A DNA stretch of 63,987 nucleotides, filler included, from Octopus bimaculoides (Eukaryota), in assembly GCF_001194135.2 (NCBI RefSeq). It is 5 parts of 5 records of this genome, joined end to end, with 100 filler letters (N's around TTAATTAATTAA, not from the genome) between each part and the next. Parts side by side here need not be neighbours in the genome. Positions count along the whole stretch, not along the records: positions 1 to 25,204 come from NC_068981.1; positions 25,305 to 33,943 come from NC_068991.1; 3 more parts are not named here. One strand, written 5' to 3'. The position numbers and the translations under genes are program-made. The notes under the pieces were generated by a model. That model made no database searches. It was not told where the DNA came from and saw only the letters and a list, made by a program, of their open reading frames with translations. Of this stretch, positions 13,812 through 26,990 are shown in pieces. Numbering within the stretch: the stretch's first letter is position 1; each line of letters starts with the position of its first letter.

Positions 13812-14290
13812 TAGGTGCAGGCCTGGCTGTTCGGTAAGAAATTTGCTTCCCAACCACATAATTCCAGGTTCAGTCCCACTGTGTGGCACCTTGGGCAAGT
13901 GTCTTTTTCTATAGCCTTGGGCCAATCAAAGCCTTGTGAGTGGATTTGATAGATGGAAACCAAAAGAGCCCGTCATTTATGTATGTATGTATGTATGTAT
14001 GTATGTATGTATGTATGCATGTATGTATGTATGTGTGTGTACCTTTGTATCTGAGTTTGTCCCCCACCACTGCATTACAACTGGTATTGGTTTGTTTTCA
14101 TCCCCTGTAACATAGTGGTTCAGCAAAGAGACTGATAGAATAAGTACCAGGCTTTAAAAAACATTGAATAAGTATTGGGGTTGTTTCATTCAACTACAAA
14201 AAAAAAAAAAATCCAAGGTGATGTCCCAGTATGGCCACAGTCTAATGCCTGAAGCACATAAAAGAGATAAAAGAGAAAAAGAGAAAAAAA
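13812..14290 (+). mobile_element. tRNA-derived SINE (family B) with CORE-like box and internal microsatellite
   Basis: Head ggtgcaggcctggctgttcggtaagaaatttgc...ggttcagtccc, then gcaccttgggcaagtgtctt (CORE-like), internal (TATG)n, tail ...aaagagataaaagag. Other copies lie near 35345, 36571, 39530, 45262, 47282 and 48200. Confidence 0.8.
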
Positions 14291-14368
14291 GTGCAATATA
14301 GAATTTAAAAAAAAAAACAAGCAAAAATATTCCACTATATTGAGAGTTTGAGTGACACACAAAGGATC

Positions 14369-14618
14369 TTAACCCATTAATGCACAAAATAAAATAGTTC
14401 TGAATTTTTTGTTACATTCACATACATTGTATACTTTTATGTATTTTAGAAGTTCGCAACAAAATTTTGTGAATATTATAATATTTCCAGATAAATTATT
14501 ATTCTTTATCTTCAGAAAGATTTTTGATGTCTAAATTTATGAAGTTATTTTATATGAATATTTTCGTCTGAAACAAAAAAGTGTATGATAAATCATGCCC
14601 TGAGCATTAATGGGTTAA
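14369..14618. mobile_element. piggyBac-like MITE
   Basis: TTAA-CCCATTAATGC ... GCATTAATGGG-TTAA: 11-bp perfect TIR beginning CCC, flanked by TTAA. Confidence 0.8.
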
Positions 14619-15988
14619 AATGATGCAATTTTGGAGTTGATTTTACAAAGCAGAGCTGATGATAGAAACAGAAAACCAAGTTAAGTCCAGAAACAGAAAC
14701 AGAAAGTCCACATTAAGCATCATCGTTGTTTAACGTCTGCTTTCCATGCTAGCATGGGTTGGACGATTTGACTGAGGACTGGTGAAACCAGATGGCTACA
14801 CCAGGCTCCAATCTGATTTGGCAGAGTTTCTACAGCTGGATGCCCTTCCTAATGCCAACCACATACAAAATCAGAGATTAGAAGAATATGACACCTATGA
14901 GATCTTTGACCAGTGTAGACATTTAAAAAAGGAGATGGAAAACGTACTCCACTTAGTCACCAGCTGAAAAATTCTTGGTCAGAAGGAGAATAACAAATTC
15001 CAGTGCCAAGACATAACACTTTATTTCTATCAGAATCTCTGTTGAAAATATCTGCAAATGTTGATGCCAGTATGCGAACTGCAGGCCACAATAAAACAAC
15101 TTAGAAGGAGTCTTGTAGGACTTTAAACACCCAAAACAGATTGGGTCATTAAATACAGGTGATCTGATGTTGTCAATAAAGAAACAAATATTTATAACTG
15201 AGATTGTTGTTCTATCTAGAAACCAAAATATTATACAAATTAGATATAAAAAAATTTGATAAGTACTCACAAATTTGGTTAGAGCTCTCAAAAACGTGGA
15301 TAAGGAGGAAGAACTTCCATTCTACTTCATAGAACTACAATTGAAAAATAAACATTATTGCTATACAAAGTAATAACAAAACAAAGTGAAGCAAAGGAAA
15401 AAAAAGAAAAAAAAAAGAAAAGTAAAACAACTACATTGCTTAGAACTGATGATATTGTAAGAAAATTATTTTGTGTCTGAAGTGTCTGAATAAGAAGAGT
15501 TATTATTTTCATTTTACAGTAAATACCTATGCAGTAAGTATAAATAGAGGGGGCGCAGAAGCAGAATAAGAAAGAAAAAAACTCAGCAACACCACCACCA
15601 CCACCAATAATAATAATCCTTTCTACTATAGGTACAGGGCCTGGAATTTTGGGGAAGGGGATAGTCATTTACATTGAACCAGTACTTGACTGGTACTTAT
15701 TTTATTGACCCCCAAAAGGATGAAAGGCAAAGTTGACCTCGGAGGAATTTGAACTCAGAATGTAGTGGCAGACGAAATATCGCTAAGCATTTTGCCTGGC
15801 ATGCTAATGATTCTGCCAGCTCACCACCTTTAATAATAATAAGCAACAACAACAATAATAATAATAATAATAAGCAGTAAATAAGTGTCACTTTAGTCTG
15901 CTGGCTGTAGACAGCTAACACTTTCCATCATACCCGGCAAAATAAGCTGTGAGTTTCCATGACATAATAATAATAATAATAATAATAA

Positions 15989-16365
15989 AGCTATATAGTT
16001 GATGTTGCATGCCCCTTTGACTCACGGATAGTCAAGAAGGAAGGCGAGAAGAAAGATAAATACAACCCTCTTAAGTACGAAATAGCCCGGCTATGGAAAA
16101 TAAAGAAGGTAAAGGTAGTACCAATTATTGTTGGGTCCTTGGGAACAGTACCAGAATACATCAAGGGGAATATAAAGGAAATTGGAATAGAGTGCCCAGT
16201 AGAACTGTTACAAAAGGTTTGCCTTCTTGGCACAGCCAGAATAATCAGGAAAGTATTAGATAGCAGAAAAGAACAAATAGCATGGTACTGTAAGCTGTAG
16301 ACAGTAAGCCTGCTATACATGCAAGACTCCAGGAGCTCCAACAAAACCTGTGATAAAGAGAAATA
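15989..16365 (+). mobile_element. 5'-truncated R4/Dong-like LINE 3' end with open RLE C-terminus
   Basis: Uninterrupted frame YIVDVACPFDSRIVKKEGEKKDKYNPLKYEIARLWKIKKVKVVPIIVGSLGTVPEYIKGNIKEIGIECPVELLQKVCLLGTARIIRKVL (RLE D..E/K..K motif). It starts directly after an (AAT)n run and has no start codon. Confidence 0.9.
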
Positions 16366-16369
16366 ATAA

Positions 16370-17700
16370 TAATTGCATCAAAGCCATTGACACCCTGGCA
16401 CTTCCAGTAGTCCTATACAATTTTAACTGGAGTCTTACAGAGCTTCAACACCTGGAGAAGAAGACAAAGAAACTACTAACATCTAAGAACATGCACCACC
16501 CAAAAGCAGACGTTGATTGTCTGTACCTATCTAGAAGAAGAATGATGCAGGTGGAACTGTGCTACAAGATCTCCACAATAGCAATGAACAAGTACTTATC
16601 TAGTACAGAGGAATGAAGCAAAATATCATATTCTATTGTCAAAAAAGCTTGCAAATTCACAAAGGAACTTGGCATTAACCCTGAATTAGATGAAGAACCT
16701 GAAATCACTGCCATGAAAAAAGCAAAACAGATCAAACAGACTGCAAAAAAGAATGGGCAGAAACAAATTGAGGAGCAGTGGAGTCAGAAGCCTCTGCATG
16801 GACAGTATATACTTTGAAGCTGAAATGCTGATGTAGGCCAAGTAACAACCCATCAGTGGCTGAAAAGCTCAGGACTAAAAACAGAGACAAAAGGTTTCAT
16901 ATCGGTGGCACAAGATCAAAGCCTGCTTACCACAAACTACCAGGCTAACATTCTTCAAAACATTCTGACCCTAAATGCAGATTCTGTGATACATTTGATG
17001 AAACAATAGGCCATCTTGTTTCAAGATGGCCTTTTACTCACACCAAACAAATACAAAAAATCACCATGACAGGGTAGGACAGTATTTACATTGGAAAATA
17101 TGTAAACACTACAAAATCGGCACTCCTACTTATTGGTATGAACATCCTGAGCCAGTTATTGAAGGTAAAAATGTCACTATCCTCTGGGATTTTCCAGTCA
17201 ACGCTGACAGAATGATCCAGGCTAACTGACCAGACATAGTTATTAAAAGGAGGGAAAAATATTTGTAGACTAATAAATGTTAGTGTTCCCACTGATAAAA
17301 ATATATCTATAAAGGAATTTAACAACTTAAGTAAATATAAGGACCTGGAAACTGAAATACAAATGATGTGGCATATTAAAGTGAGAACTGTTCCTGTTAT
17401 TGTGGGTGCCCTAGGTATGATAAGAAAGGACTGTTAGAAACATCTGGATAATATCCCAGGAGAACCAGGTCTCAGAGAAATTCAAAAGACTGTGCTGTCA
17501 AGTACTACCCACATCCTTAGAAAAACACTATCAATTTAATTGTATGTGTTGTATTACATGAAGATATTTCACTACTGCCCTTGCCACTTCAGTTATACTG
17601 TAACATCTGTTATCATTCACTCACCCTAGGACACTGGTTGTGTCTCAGTGAGTGATTGTAACAAATATGCAGATTAAAAGTAAATAATAATAATGATGAT
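16370..17700 (+). mobile_element. 5'-truncated R4/Dong-like LINE (RT C-terminus, Zn-knuckle remnant, RLE), decayed
   Basis: KAIDTLALPVVLYNFNW...MHHPKADVDCLYLSR; HDRVGQYLHWKICKHYK; ILWDFPVNADRMIQAN*PDIVIK; SVPTDKNISIKE...SKYKDLETEI...VPVIVGALG; ends ILRKTLSI*, then a 3'UTR and an (AAT)/(GAT)n tail. Confidence 0.9.
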
Positions 17701-20700
17701 GATGATGATGATGATAATGATAATAACAACAATAATAATTATAATAATTAGGGATGTTACCTTAGTTCACTGGTAGTGAACAGCTGACACCGTAGTATAT
17801 CTCCAGCATTAGAAGCTGTGCAAAGAAAATAATAATAATAATAATCCTTTCTACTAAAGGTACAAGGCCTGAAATTTTGGGAGAGGGGACTAGTCGATTA
17901 CATCAACCCCAGTGTTTACTGGTACTTAACTTATCGACCCCGAAAGGACAAAAGGCAAATTCAACCTTGATGTGAAGATTTTTGCCCGTGTGCTAACATT
18001 TCTACCAGCTTGCCATCTTAAATAATAATAATCTATATAATAATCTGCTTGTTCATTTGCCCATGATATATCAGTTAATTTGAGAGATGGAGGTAGAGTG
18101 AGTGAGAGGTGGAGTAAAAGTGAGAGAGGGAAGGAGGAGTGAAAAAAACTAGTGAGGAATAACATTAATACACTTCAGCAAATGTGTCACATGGTCAGCT
18201 GAAACGAAAGGTAAAGAACAAGAAAAAAAAGACAGTGAGAGAAAAGAGGGAGAGAGAAGTGTTAACGATGTGCTGTAGGGTTGGGAGGGAAAGGTAAAGA
18301 GAAAGAGATATGTTTTGGATACAATATTTAGGGTAGGTGTATCATGTATTAGCTGAGCTCACATTTTTGATCCATATTCTGTTTCAAAGATGACACATCT
18401 GGTATCACATTCTTCTCTTCTTCCTCTGAAGGATATTTTACTTAATATCATCTGGCATACATATAGTGTGATATGCCTACCCATTCCAAAGAAGAATATT
18501 TCACTAAAAATTATCTGCCAGGATAGTCTCCAACTCTTGCTTGTAAGGCAGACAAAAGTAAGCTACTTTTTCCACTTTGTAATTGAGTGCAAAGGAATAG
18601 CATTAGTTTAAGGAGCAAAAAGGTTAACAAACTTTCATTCTTTCAGCAAAATGTTTCATGTAGAGGACGTTTTTTTTCTGAAAGAATGTTTGCAAAAGGC
18701 AAACATTCATTTTTGATCATTGCTGTTTACACCTAAGCAATATTTGCAAACATACTGTTGTTGTTTAGGAGATTTCTACTCAGTGTAGTTAAGACATCTA
18801 TGTTTTCTTTTAGTTCATGTTTACCTTTAATATTCCGATTTGTAATTAAAAGAGTAATCAATTTTTTGTTTATTTTTCTATGTGAAATGTATTATTTTGT
18901 ACATTTTTCTATTTTTTTTCTTTTAGGTGTAGCATTCTTCTAGATATAGCCATTTTTTCTTCAGTGATGTGAAAGGAAAATTAAACTTTGTCTATAAGTA
19001 AAATACAAACCTTATTTGTTTTTTTTTTATTTTTATCTCACCTCAGCAAGAGAAGATGACTAACTATAGGAAGCTAATTGTATGGGGTTATTTTTGATGA
19101 AATCTTTCGTGTATCAATTAAAATCTTTTTCTTCAGGAGTGAGTTACAAACAAACATCTATTTCACTCACAATGAATAACAACAACAATAACAACAGCAA
19201 CAACAATTGTTTCTAATTTCTAATTTTAATTATTTTCAGTTTTATAATTGTTTTTAGGACATTAAAGTAATCTCTAAGTAAGTCATTTGAGCTGCTAGAA
19301 ATATCAACCATCTCTTCTTAAATCACACCAAACAGTTTTCAAAAGAAAAAACGGAGGAGATACTAGATAATGTAATCTGTGATAAACTATTCCTAAAAAA
19401 GATGGAATGGCCACAACTGGATTGTCTGCTGAGTTAGACTTCACCTGGGGCTAAGCAACAGCAGGAATAATACACAAAGCCTCAAATTTGGCCAAGTAGA
19501 ACAATATGAAGTGTTTTGCTTGACAACACATTGCTCAACAACACATTGCCCAGTCCAAGAATTGAAACTGTGATCTTATAATCACAAATGAAACACTCTA
19601 ACCACTAGGCCACATGCCTTCACTCTCAGCTAGGTAGTGATATGGTAAATCTGAAACAACAGAATATGTGAATCACGCCTCATTGCTTGGCTGATAACCA
19701 GTGTTGTGTCATAGGTTAGCTTCATGATAATATCCTTATTAGTATACTAAACAATAGCAACTCTGAAAGGAGAAAAGGTTATGTCAGACTTGGTGAGATT
19801 TGGAATCAGAGCATGTAAGAACTGAATACTACAAGTTATTTTGCTCAATTTCTTTACTGATTCTGCTCCTTACCACGTTCAGCTATTGCTACTGTAGTGG
19901 CTTAAAATATAGATTTCTAACATGAGTATCTGCATCATCATAATCATTTTAGTGTCCACTTTTACATGCTTGTATGGATCAGATGGGGTTTATTGTGGAA
20001 GATTTTCTATGACGAAATGCCCTTCCTCTCACCGACCTCTGCCTGTTTCCAAGTAAGGCAAATAAATCCTTATGGCCATGCATGTTTTTGCAGAATATCA
20101 GAAATGAATGACATTCATTTACAACAATCATACGATGGCAAGACAAGGATACACAAATATATGCTCACTCACACTCAAACACTCCCACATGCACACACGA
20201 TGGACTTCTTCCAGTTTCCATCAATAAAATCCACTCACAATGCTTTGATTAGCTCAAGGCTATAATACACAAGACACTTACTCAAAGTCTCAGGCAGTGG
20301 AATTGAACCTAAAACCATGTGTTTGGAAAGCAAACTTCTTAATCATACTGTCAAGTCTACACATATAGGACCACAAATTTTTGGGTATTTTTTTATATAC
20401 CATGGCCTATTCTCCATTTTTTTAGGAGTGGGTAGCCACAAGACACACACCAGGCATTCCATTCATTTCCCAGCTCAAAGAGGCAAACCCCATTCTATGC
20501 TTGGGTCAAGGCATAGAACGCAACCCTCAATATCAGCAGTGGAACCTAACAGTATATGCTGGTTTACCCCTGCCATATCATGCTGATTCTGTACCCCTTT
20601 GAGCAACATCAAATTCACTCATCTGTCCACAAACACTCTCCAAGCTTTCCTATCATTTATAAACACACTTGTCTCTCTCATTCCAACATCTCTAACCATC

Positions 20701-22159
20701 GAAGCTTTCCTCACTCCATCCATCCACACAAAGTTTTGGGTATAACTGAGCAAATCAAACCCCAGTACTTGACTGATAACTTTATTAGCCACCTTGGAAA
20801 GATAAAAGGCAGAGATGGCATTGATGGGATTCAAAATCAGAATGTACCTCCCATATTTGGAAAGTAGATTTTGTAGATATGCTTTTGCCAAAACAAGTCT
20901 CAAAAAAACTCCCTGGGTCCTATATGTATGTTAAGTTGGGCCTCTCGTAAACTTTAATGCTCTAAAATCATTTATTTCTTCTGAAAATGTGCTGCTGAAA
21001 TTGAGGTGCCTCTAATATGCTTATGCTTCTTTTATGGCATCGAATATGATAATGATCACATGGCATTTTGTTTGAATCTCTAATAATACTTTCTACTAAT
21101 CTGTCACCTTTGCCTTGCAACTATATTTAAAAAATTATGGATTGTTGAATTTTTTTCAGATAAAAAAAAATAATAACTACATTATGAAGACGTTGAAAAG
21201 TGAAAAGAAAAAATATATAAATAATCTGGCTGAAATATTTTGTTTTCTTTTGAAAATAAAGAAACCAAAATATTCATTGTTAGGTTTAACGCAGATTACA
21301 CTTCAATGAAATCATGAATCTTTAGTAATTCTTAATAGAAGAATTTGCTTTTTTTTTTTTTTTGGTGCTTCTTCAATTTCACTAATAAGTGATAATAAAA
21401 CTATATTATCTGCAAGATGTTATGGTAGTACAGATAATAGAGGAGCGTTTTCAGGCCAAAATAAATTGCTATGTCTGGTTATAACATTTCTAGTGTTTTC
21501 TCAGAAGTGATTGGTCCTTGCTGGAAGATGGCCAAGTTAAGTGAAGTCAGAACTGCAAATTTGATGTTTAGTTTGGTAAAACAGTTGAACCTGGTAATCA
21601 TAGACTTGAAACTGGAATAAAATAATTTGATGGAATCTTTGCAAAACCTTTTGCAGTCTTCCAACAAATACATTTGCGTCAAAAAGATAAGACATAAAAC
21701 ACACATACACTTGCATGAAATAAAACAGTATCACCCCTAAATTATCGTTGTTGTTTTCGTCATCATCATCATCATCATTATCATCATCATCAATGTCATC
21801 ATCGTCGTTGTCATTGTCATCGACATCATTGTTGTTGTCATCATCATCAACATCATCAACATCATCATCGTCATCATCGTTGTTGTTGTTGCCGTCGTCA
21901 TCATTATCATCGTCCTCATCTTAACATCTACTTTTCCATGCTTGCATGTGATGGACAGAATTTGCTGAGGCAGATTTTCAACAACCTAATGCCCTTCCTG
22001 TCACCAGCCCTGACCTGTTTCCAAGTAAGGTTATATTTCCTCCATGACCTGGCTCCACAGAAGATTGGAAATGAAGAACATTGCTTGTGGCACAGTAACT
22101 CTTGTTTGTAACTATCATGGTAAGTCAAAGCAAGGAGAAAGTATCACACACATACACAA

Positions 22160-22204
<45 letters not shown>

Positions 22205-22217
22205 CATGTGTATCAGA

Positions 22218-22607
22218 TATTAGACCTGACAAAGAAATAAAAAATTTTGTTATGAACTGCATTAGCTTACAGCTGTTTCTGCTATCAGATGGAATGCAGT
22301 TATAGTTGACTACTTGAGTATCACCCTACAGCTTCATCAGAGCTTCAAACATGAAGTGCAATTTTATACAGGAAAACATATTCACATAAATACACAGCAA
22401 AACATTACCTATACTTTTCTGTATGTACATATGTATATAAATGTAAATGTTTTCCCAAATAAAATAGCACTTCACATTTGAAGCTCTGATGAAGCTGTAG
22501 GGTGATACTCAAGCATGCAACTGTAACTGCATTGCATCTTATAACAGAAACAACTGTAAGCTAATGAAGTTCATTACATGATTGTCTATTCCTTTGTCAT
22601 TCTAATT
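22218..22607. repeat. Imperfect inverted repeat (about 160-bp arms, about 70-bp spacer) carrying hammerhead-like motifs
   Basis: Left arm 22218-22379 is the reverse complement of right arm 22448-22607, e.g. cttgagtatcaccctacagcttcatcagagcttcaaa / tttgaagctctgatgaagctgtagggtgatactcaag. Confidence 0.9.
22264..22344 (-). ncRNA. Minimal type I hammerhead ribozyme-like motif (Penelope-type)
   Basis: Minus strand reads AGCT-CTGATGA-A-GCTGT...ATAGC-A-GAAA-CAGCTG-TA-AGCT. It has both core boxes, a palindromic stem III (ACAGCTGT), a GUA triplet and a 4-bp stem I. The plus-strand copy at 22482-22562 has stem III broken (CAACTG). Activity untested. Confidence 0.6.
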
Positions 22608-22726
22608 TCTTATTACTGCTTTGTACTCGACTGTTGCCTCATTTGAAGTATACATATATTGAGTCTTAACACGTGTTTATTATTATTGCTGTACCTAAGC
22701 AAAATGTTAAAGTACATGTACATTAA

Positions 22727-22761
<35 letters not shown>

Positions 22762-22804
22762 ATATATATATTTATATTTATATAAATATATAAATATAGC
22801 AACA

Positions 22805-24335
22805 GAAGGACCAGCTATCTGAATTCACAGTACCTTGGTATTAAAGCAATTAAGCTATGAAGACAGGGAAAGCCCCCGGCCCATCAGGAATCACTGCAGA
22901 GATGCTTAAAATATCTGGTGGTGTAGGCTATAGTCTAGTCACCCATATAGTCAATCAGGTGATATGTGAAGGAGTCATTCCTAATGACTGGTGTAGCAGC
23001 ATCATAGTCAACTGCTACAAATGTAAAGGTGACGCATTAGATAGGAATAATTACAGAGGTGTCAAATTGTTGGATCAGGTGATGAAAGTCACGGAGAAGG
23101 TCATAGCCCAAGTAATTAAGGAGAAAGTTAGTTTAGATGAAATGCAGTTTGGGTTTGTGCCAGGGAAAAGCACCACTGATGCTATATTTCTGGTAAGACA
23201 GCTGCAGGAGAAATTCCTAGCCAAAGATAAACCTCTGTACTGGGCTTTCATTGACATGGAGAAAGCCTTTAACAGACTCTGCCGATCCCTTATCTGGTGG
23301 TCAATACGGAAACTAGGGATAGATAAGTGTTGGTGAGAGCTGTAAAATCCATGTACAGGGATGCTGTCAGTAGGGTGAGGGTTGGCAACAAGTGTAGTGA
23401 AGAATTCCAGGTAAAAGTAAGGGCTCACCAAAGGTCAGTCCTTACTCCACCCTTATTCATTATAGTCCTCCAGGCAATAACAGAGGAATTCAAGACAGGC
23501 TGCCCATGGAAGTTTGTCTATGCTGATGACCTTCCTCTAATAGCTGAGTCACTACCAGAACTAGAGAAGAAATTTCAGGTGCAGAAGCAAAGCCTAGAAT
23601 CAAAGGGCCTTAGAGTCAACCTAGCTAAAACCAAAGACTTAGCAAGTAGAAAGGCAGACAAAACAGAAATCACTTCAAGTAAATGGCCCTGTTCGATCTG
23701 TAGAAAAGGCATAGGTAGAAACTCCATAAGATGTACATGATGTAAGCTATAGACACATAAGAGATGCAGTAAGGTCGTAGCCATGGCCAATGACAGTGTC
23801 GCATAACTGGCCTGTTGTTGGGCAATATACTGTGCTTGATAAGACTTGTTGAGTCAAATGAAATCATTGTCATGGCCGATGCCAATGCCACCTGACTGGC
23901 ACTCGTGCTGGTGACACATAAAAAGAATCATTCAAGTATGACCACTGCCAGTGCCACCTGACAGGCTCCTGTGCAGGTGGCACATAAGAAGCACCATTTG
24001 AGCATGGTCGATGCCAGTGCCGTCTGACTGGCTCCCATGCCGATGGCACGTAAAAAGCACCATTTAAGTATGACCGATGCCAGTATCACATGATTGGCAC
24101 ATATAAAGCACTATGGAATGTGGTTGATGTCAGTGCCATCTGACTGACTCCTGTGCTGGTGGCATATAAAAAGTACCCACTACACTCTCGGAGTGGTTGG
24201 CATTAGGAAGGGCATCCAACTGTAGAAACCTTGCCAGATGAGATTGGAACCTGGTGCAGTCTCCCAGCTTGCCAGTCCTCAGTCAAACCATCCAGTTCAT
24301 GCCAGCATGGAAAGCGGATGTTGAACGATGATGAT
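22805..24335 (+). mobile_element. RTE-clade LINE, 5'-truncated, frameshifted RT plus 3'UTR
   Basis: MKTGKAPGPSGITAEMLK...NYRGVKLLDQVMK...MQFGFVPGKSTTDAIFLVRQLQEK...FIDMEKAF; YADD at 23519-23530; the RT C-terminus is deleted; subrepeat-rich 3'UTR and (GAT)n tail. Confidence 0.95.
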
Positions 24336-24892
24336 ATATATATATATATGTAGATATATATATTAAATTTGTAAACAAAATATAAATTTGTAAACTTACG
24401 CATTCACAGCAAACAAGGCACAGGGCTAGACTTACAACTTGTACTTCCTCTATAGCAAGACACCTGTTTCTGTCTCGCTGTCTCACTATAACCTTTCATC
24501 ATCCGACACAAATAACCTCCTCCAATGCCTCCTCCCCTCTCAAAAGAATTTGTTTTTCTGTCTTCCAAGTACTTGGCGACCCTGTTAGTGCAGGTGCCAC
24601 TTAAAAGCACCCAGTCTACACTTTAAAGTGGTTGGCGTTTGCAAGGGCATCCAGCTGTAAAAAAAACCTTGCCAAAACTGATCTCGCCTCTGTTTGTGCG
24701 ACATAAAAACCACTAAGTCCACTCTGCCAAGTGGTTGGTAATAAGAAGGACATACAACTAAAAATCCTACCAAATCAGTTACAGAAATCTGGTGCAGGCT
24801 TCTGCCTGGCCGGCTCTTGTCAAACCATCCTACTAATGCCAGCATGAAAGGCAGACGTTAAATGATGATGACGGCGATTATGATGATATATA

Positions 24893-25204
24893 TGGGAAAG
24901 CCCCCGGCCCATCAGGAATCACTGCAGAGATGCTCAAAATATCTGGCAGTGTTGGCTATAGCCTAGTCACCCGTATTACGAACCAGGTGATACACGAAGG
25001 AGTCATACCCAATGACTGGTGTAGCAGCATCATAGTCAACTGCTACAAAGGTAAAGGTGACGCTTTAGATACAAATAATTACAGAGGCATCAAGCTGTTA
25101 GATCAGGTTATGAAAGTTACAGAGAGGGTCATAGCCCAACTAATTAGGGAGCGAATCAATTTAGATGAGATGCAGTTTGGGTTCGTGCCAGGTAAAAGCA
25201 CTAC
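24893..25204 (+). mobile_element. RTE LINE RT fragment running into a gap
   Basis: ORF 24930-25256: MLKISGSVGYSLVTRI...NYRGIKLLDQVMKVTERVIAQLIRERINLDEMQFGFVPGKST. Confidence 0.9.
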
Positions 25205-25304
25205 NNNNNNNNNNNNNNNNNNNNNNNNNNNNNNNNNNNNNNNNNNNNTTAATTAATTAANNNNNNNNNNNNNNNNNNNNNNNNNNNNNNNNNNNNNNNN
25301 NNNN

Positions 25305-25335
<31 letters not shown>

Positions 25336-25514
25336 TGTGTGTGTGTGTGCGTGTGTGTGTGTGTGTGTGTGTATACATATATTGAAATGTTAATGCCAAG
25401 CAATGTTTAAGCAAAAGCAAAATTTAAGTTGCATCCCTGTTGTGTTTCTCCCAGTGTTTTTTTTAGTTTTGTGTGTTTTTTGCTATTATTTTATAATAAT
25501 TAGTTGTGTTAGCC

Positions 25515-26990
25515 ATGGTTCCTAAAAAGGTTAGTGCAAAGGACAGTGCTGGGAAGAAAAATCTGATTACGATAGAACTGAAGAAGGAAATCATTGTTAA
25601 ACATGAGAGAGGAATGCATATATTGGATACAGCACATCAATATGACTAATGCACGTCGATGATCTGCATCACCCTGAAGAAAAAAGATGAGATCAAGGCT
25701 GTTACAACAGCAAAGTTTGTCTCCAGGTTCTCCAAGTAACACACATCTGTCTATGAAGAGATGAGACAAGTTGCTTCTGTGGATCAATAAGAAACAACTT
25801 GCAAGGGATACAATTCTGTCAGTTCATTGCAGCCGAGGGGTACATTGCACAGCAGGTATTCAACTGTGATGAAACTGGCCTTTTTGGGGAAAACAAATGC
25901 CCAGTAGAACCTACATAACTGCAGAGAAGAAAAAAAATGCCAAGCCACATGCCTATGAAAAATAGACTAACTCTTGCCCTTTGTGCCAATGTGAATGGAG
26001 ACTTGAAAATTAAGCCACTCCTTGTCTACAATTCTGAAGACCCATGAGCGTTCAAGTCACACTAAATCTTAAAGGAAGCTGTAGGTCATGTGGAGGGCAA
26101 ACATTAAAGCCAGGTATCCAAGCAATTCTTCACCAAATGGGTCAGCCTTATCTTCAGACCAGTATTGAAAAAGTACCTTCTGGAGAACAATCTACCTCTT
26201 AAAGCCCTTCTCATCCTCGCCAATGCTCCTCCTTACCCTCCTAGCTCTGAAGATGATATCCTGGACGAATTTAAATTCATATAAGTTCTACACCTTTCAT
26301 CCAACACCACCCCTATTTGGCAGCTCATGGACCAACAGGTGATTTCTAATTTTAAGAAACTGTACACCAAACACCTGTTTTGTCAGTACTTTGAAGTCAC
26401 CAAAATTACAAATCTAACCCTTCATGAGTTTTGGAATGAGCACTACAACATTGTTAACTGCCTGAAAATCATTGATATGAGCTGGCAGGGTGTAATGAAG
26501 AAAATGTTGAATTCTGCAAGGAGGAAACTGGGTGCTTATCTGAAAGAGACTTCGAGGGGTTTGAGTCTGAGACATCAGTAGTCAGGGAGATAGTATCTCT
26601 TGGCAAGTCCATGGGCCTTGAGATTGACAATAGAAACATTAACGAGCTTGTTGAGAAAAAGTCAGAGGAGCTGATGACAGATGAACTCCTGCAGCTTCAG
26701 GAGCAGCAACATTTGGAGATTGGTTCCCTGGAGGAGGACAGTATAGTAGAGAAGGCTATCTCTATGGATGACATAAAGGCAGTGTTGGCAAAGTGGTAAT
26801 GTTTCTGAATTATAGAAAAATATCATTCTGGAAACGTATCTAGAGGTCGTGCAGCTGCATTATTTAATAACACTACTCTGGTGCATTTTCATAACATTTT
26901 GAAAGGCAAGAGAAAGTAAATTTCTCTTGATATGTTTCTAATGAAACAAACTGCAAGTGTGAAAAGTGAAGAGTGTCCAAAAAGCCTAAC
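25515..26990 (+). pseudogene. Tigger/pogo-family (Tc1-mariner superfamily) transposase pseudogene
   Basis: ATG at 25515, MVPKKVSAKDSAGKKNLITIELKKEIIVKHERG (HTH-psq-like); QQVFNCDETGLF; NRLTLALCANVNGDLKIKPLLVY; ALLILANAPP (second catalytic D appears as A); QLMDQQVISNFKKLY. Many stops and frameshifts; TIRs not found. Confidence 0.9.

Noticed and set aside
14656-14670. CTGATGA-ta-GAAAC, plus similar near-matches at about 14490-14520 (minus), 15446 and 5800-5830 (minus), as hammerheads
   Set aside because: No stem II in register and no NUH or stem I support.
25249-25260. TTAATTAATTAA island between N runs, also at 33988-33999, 54774-54785 and 62333-62344
   Set aside because: An identical 12-mer centred in 44N+12+44N blocks, with stops in all six frames. 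This is an assembly gap spacer, not biology.
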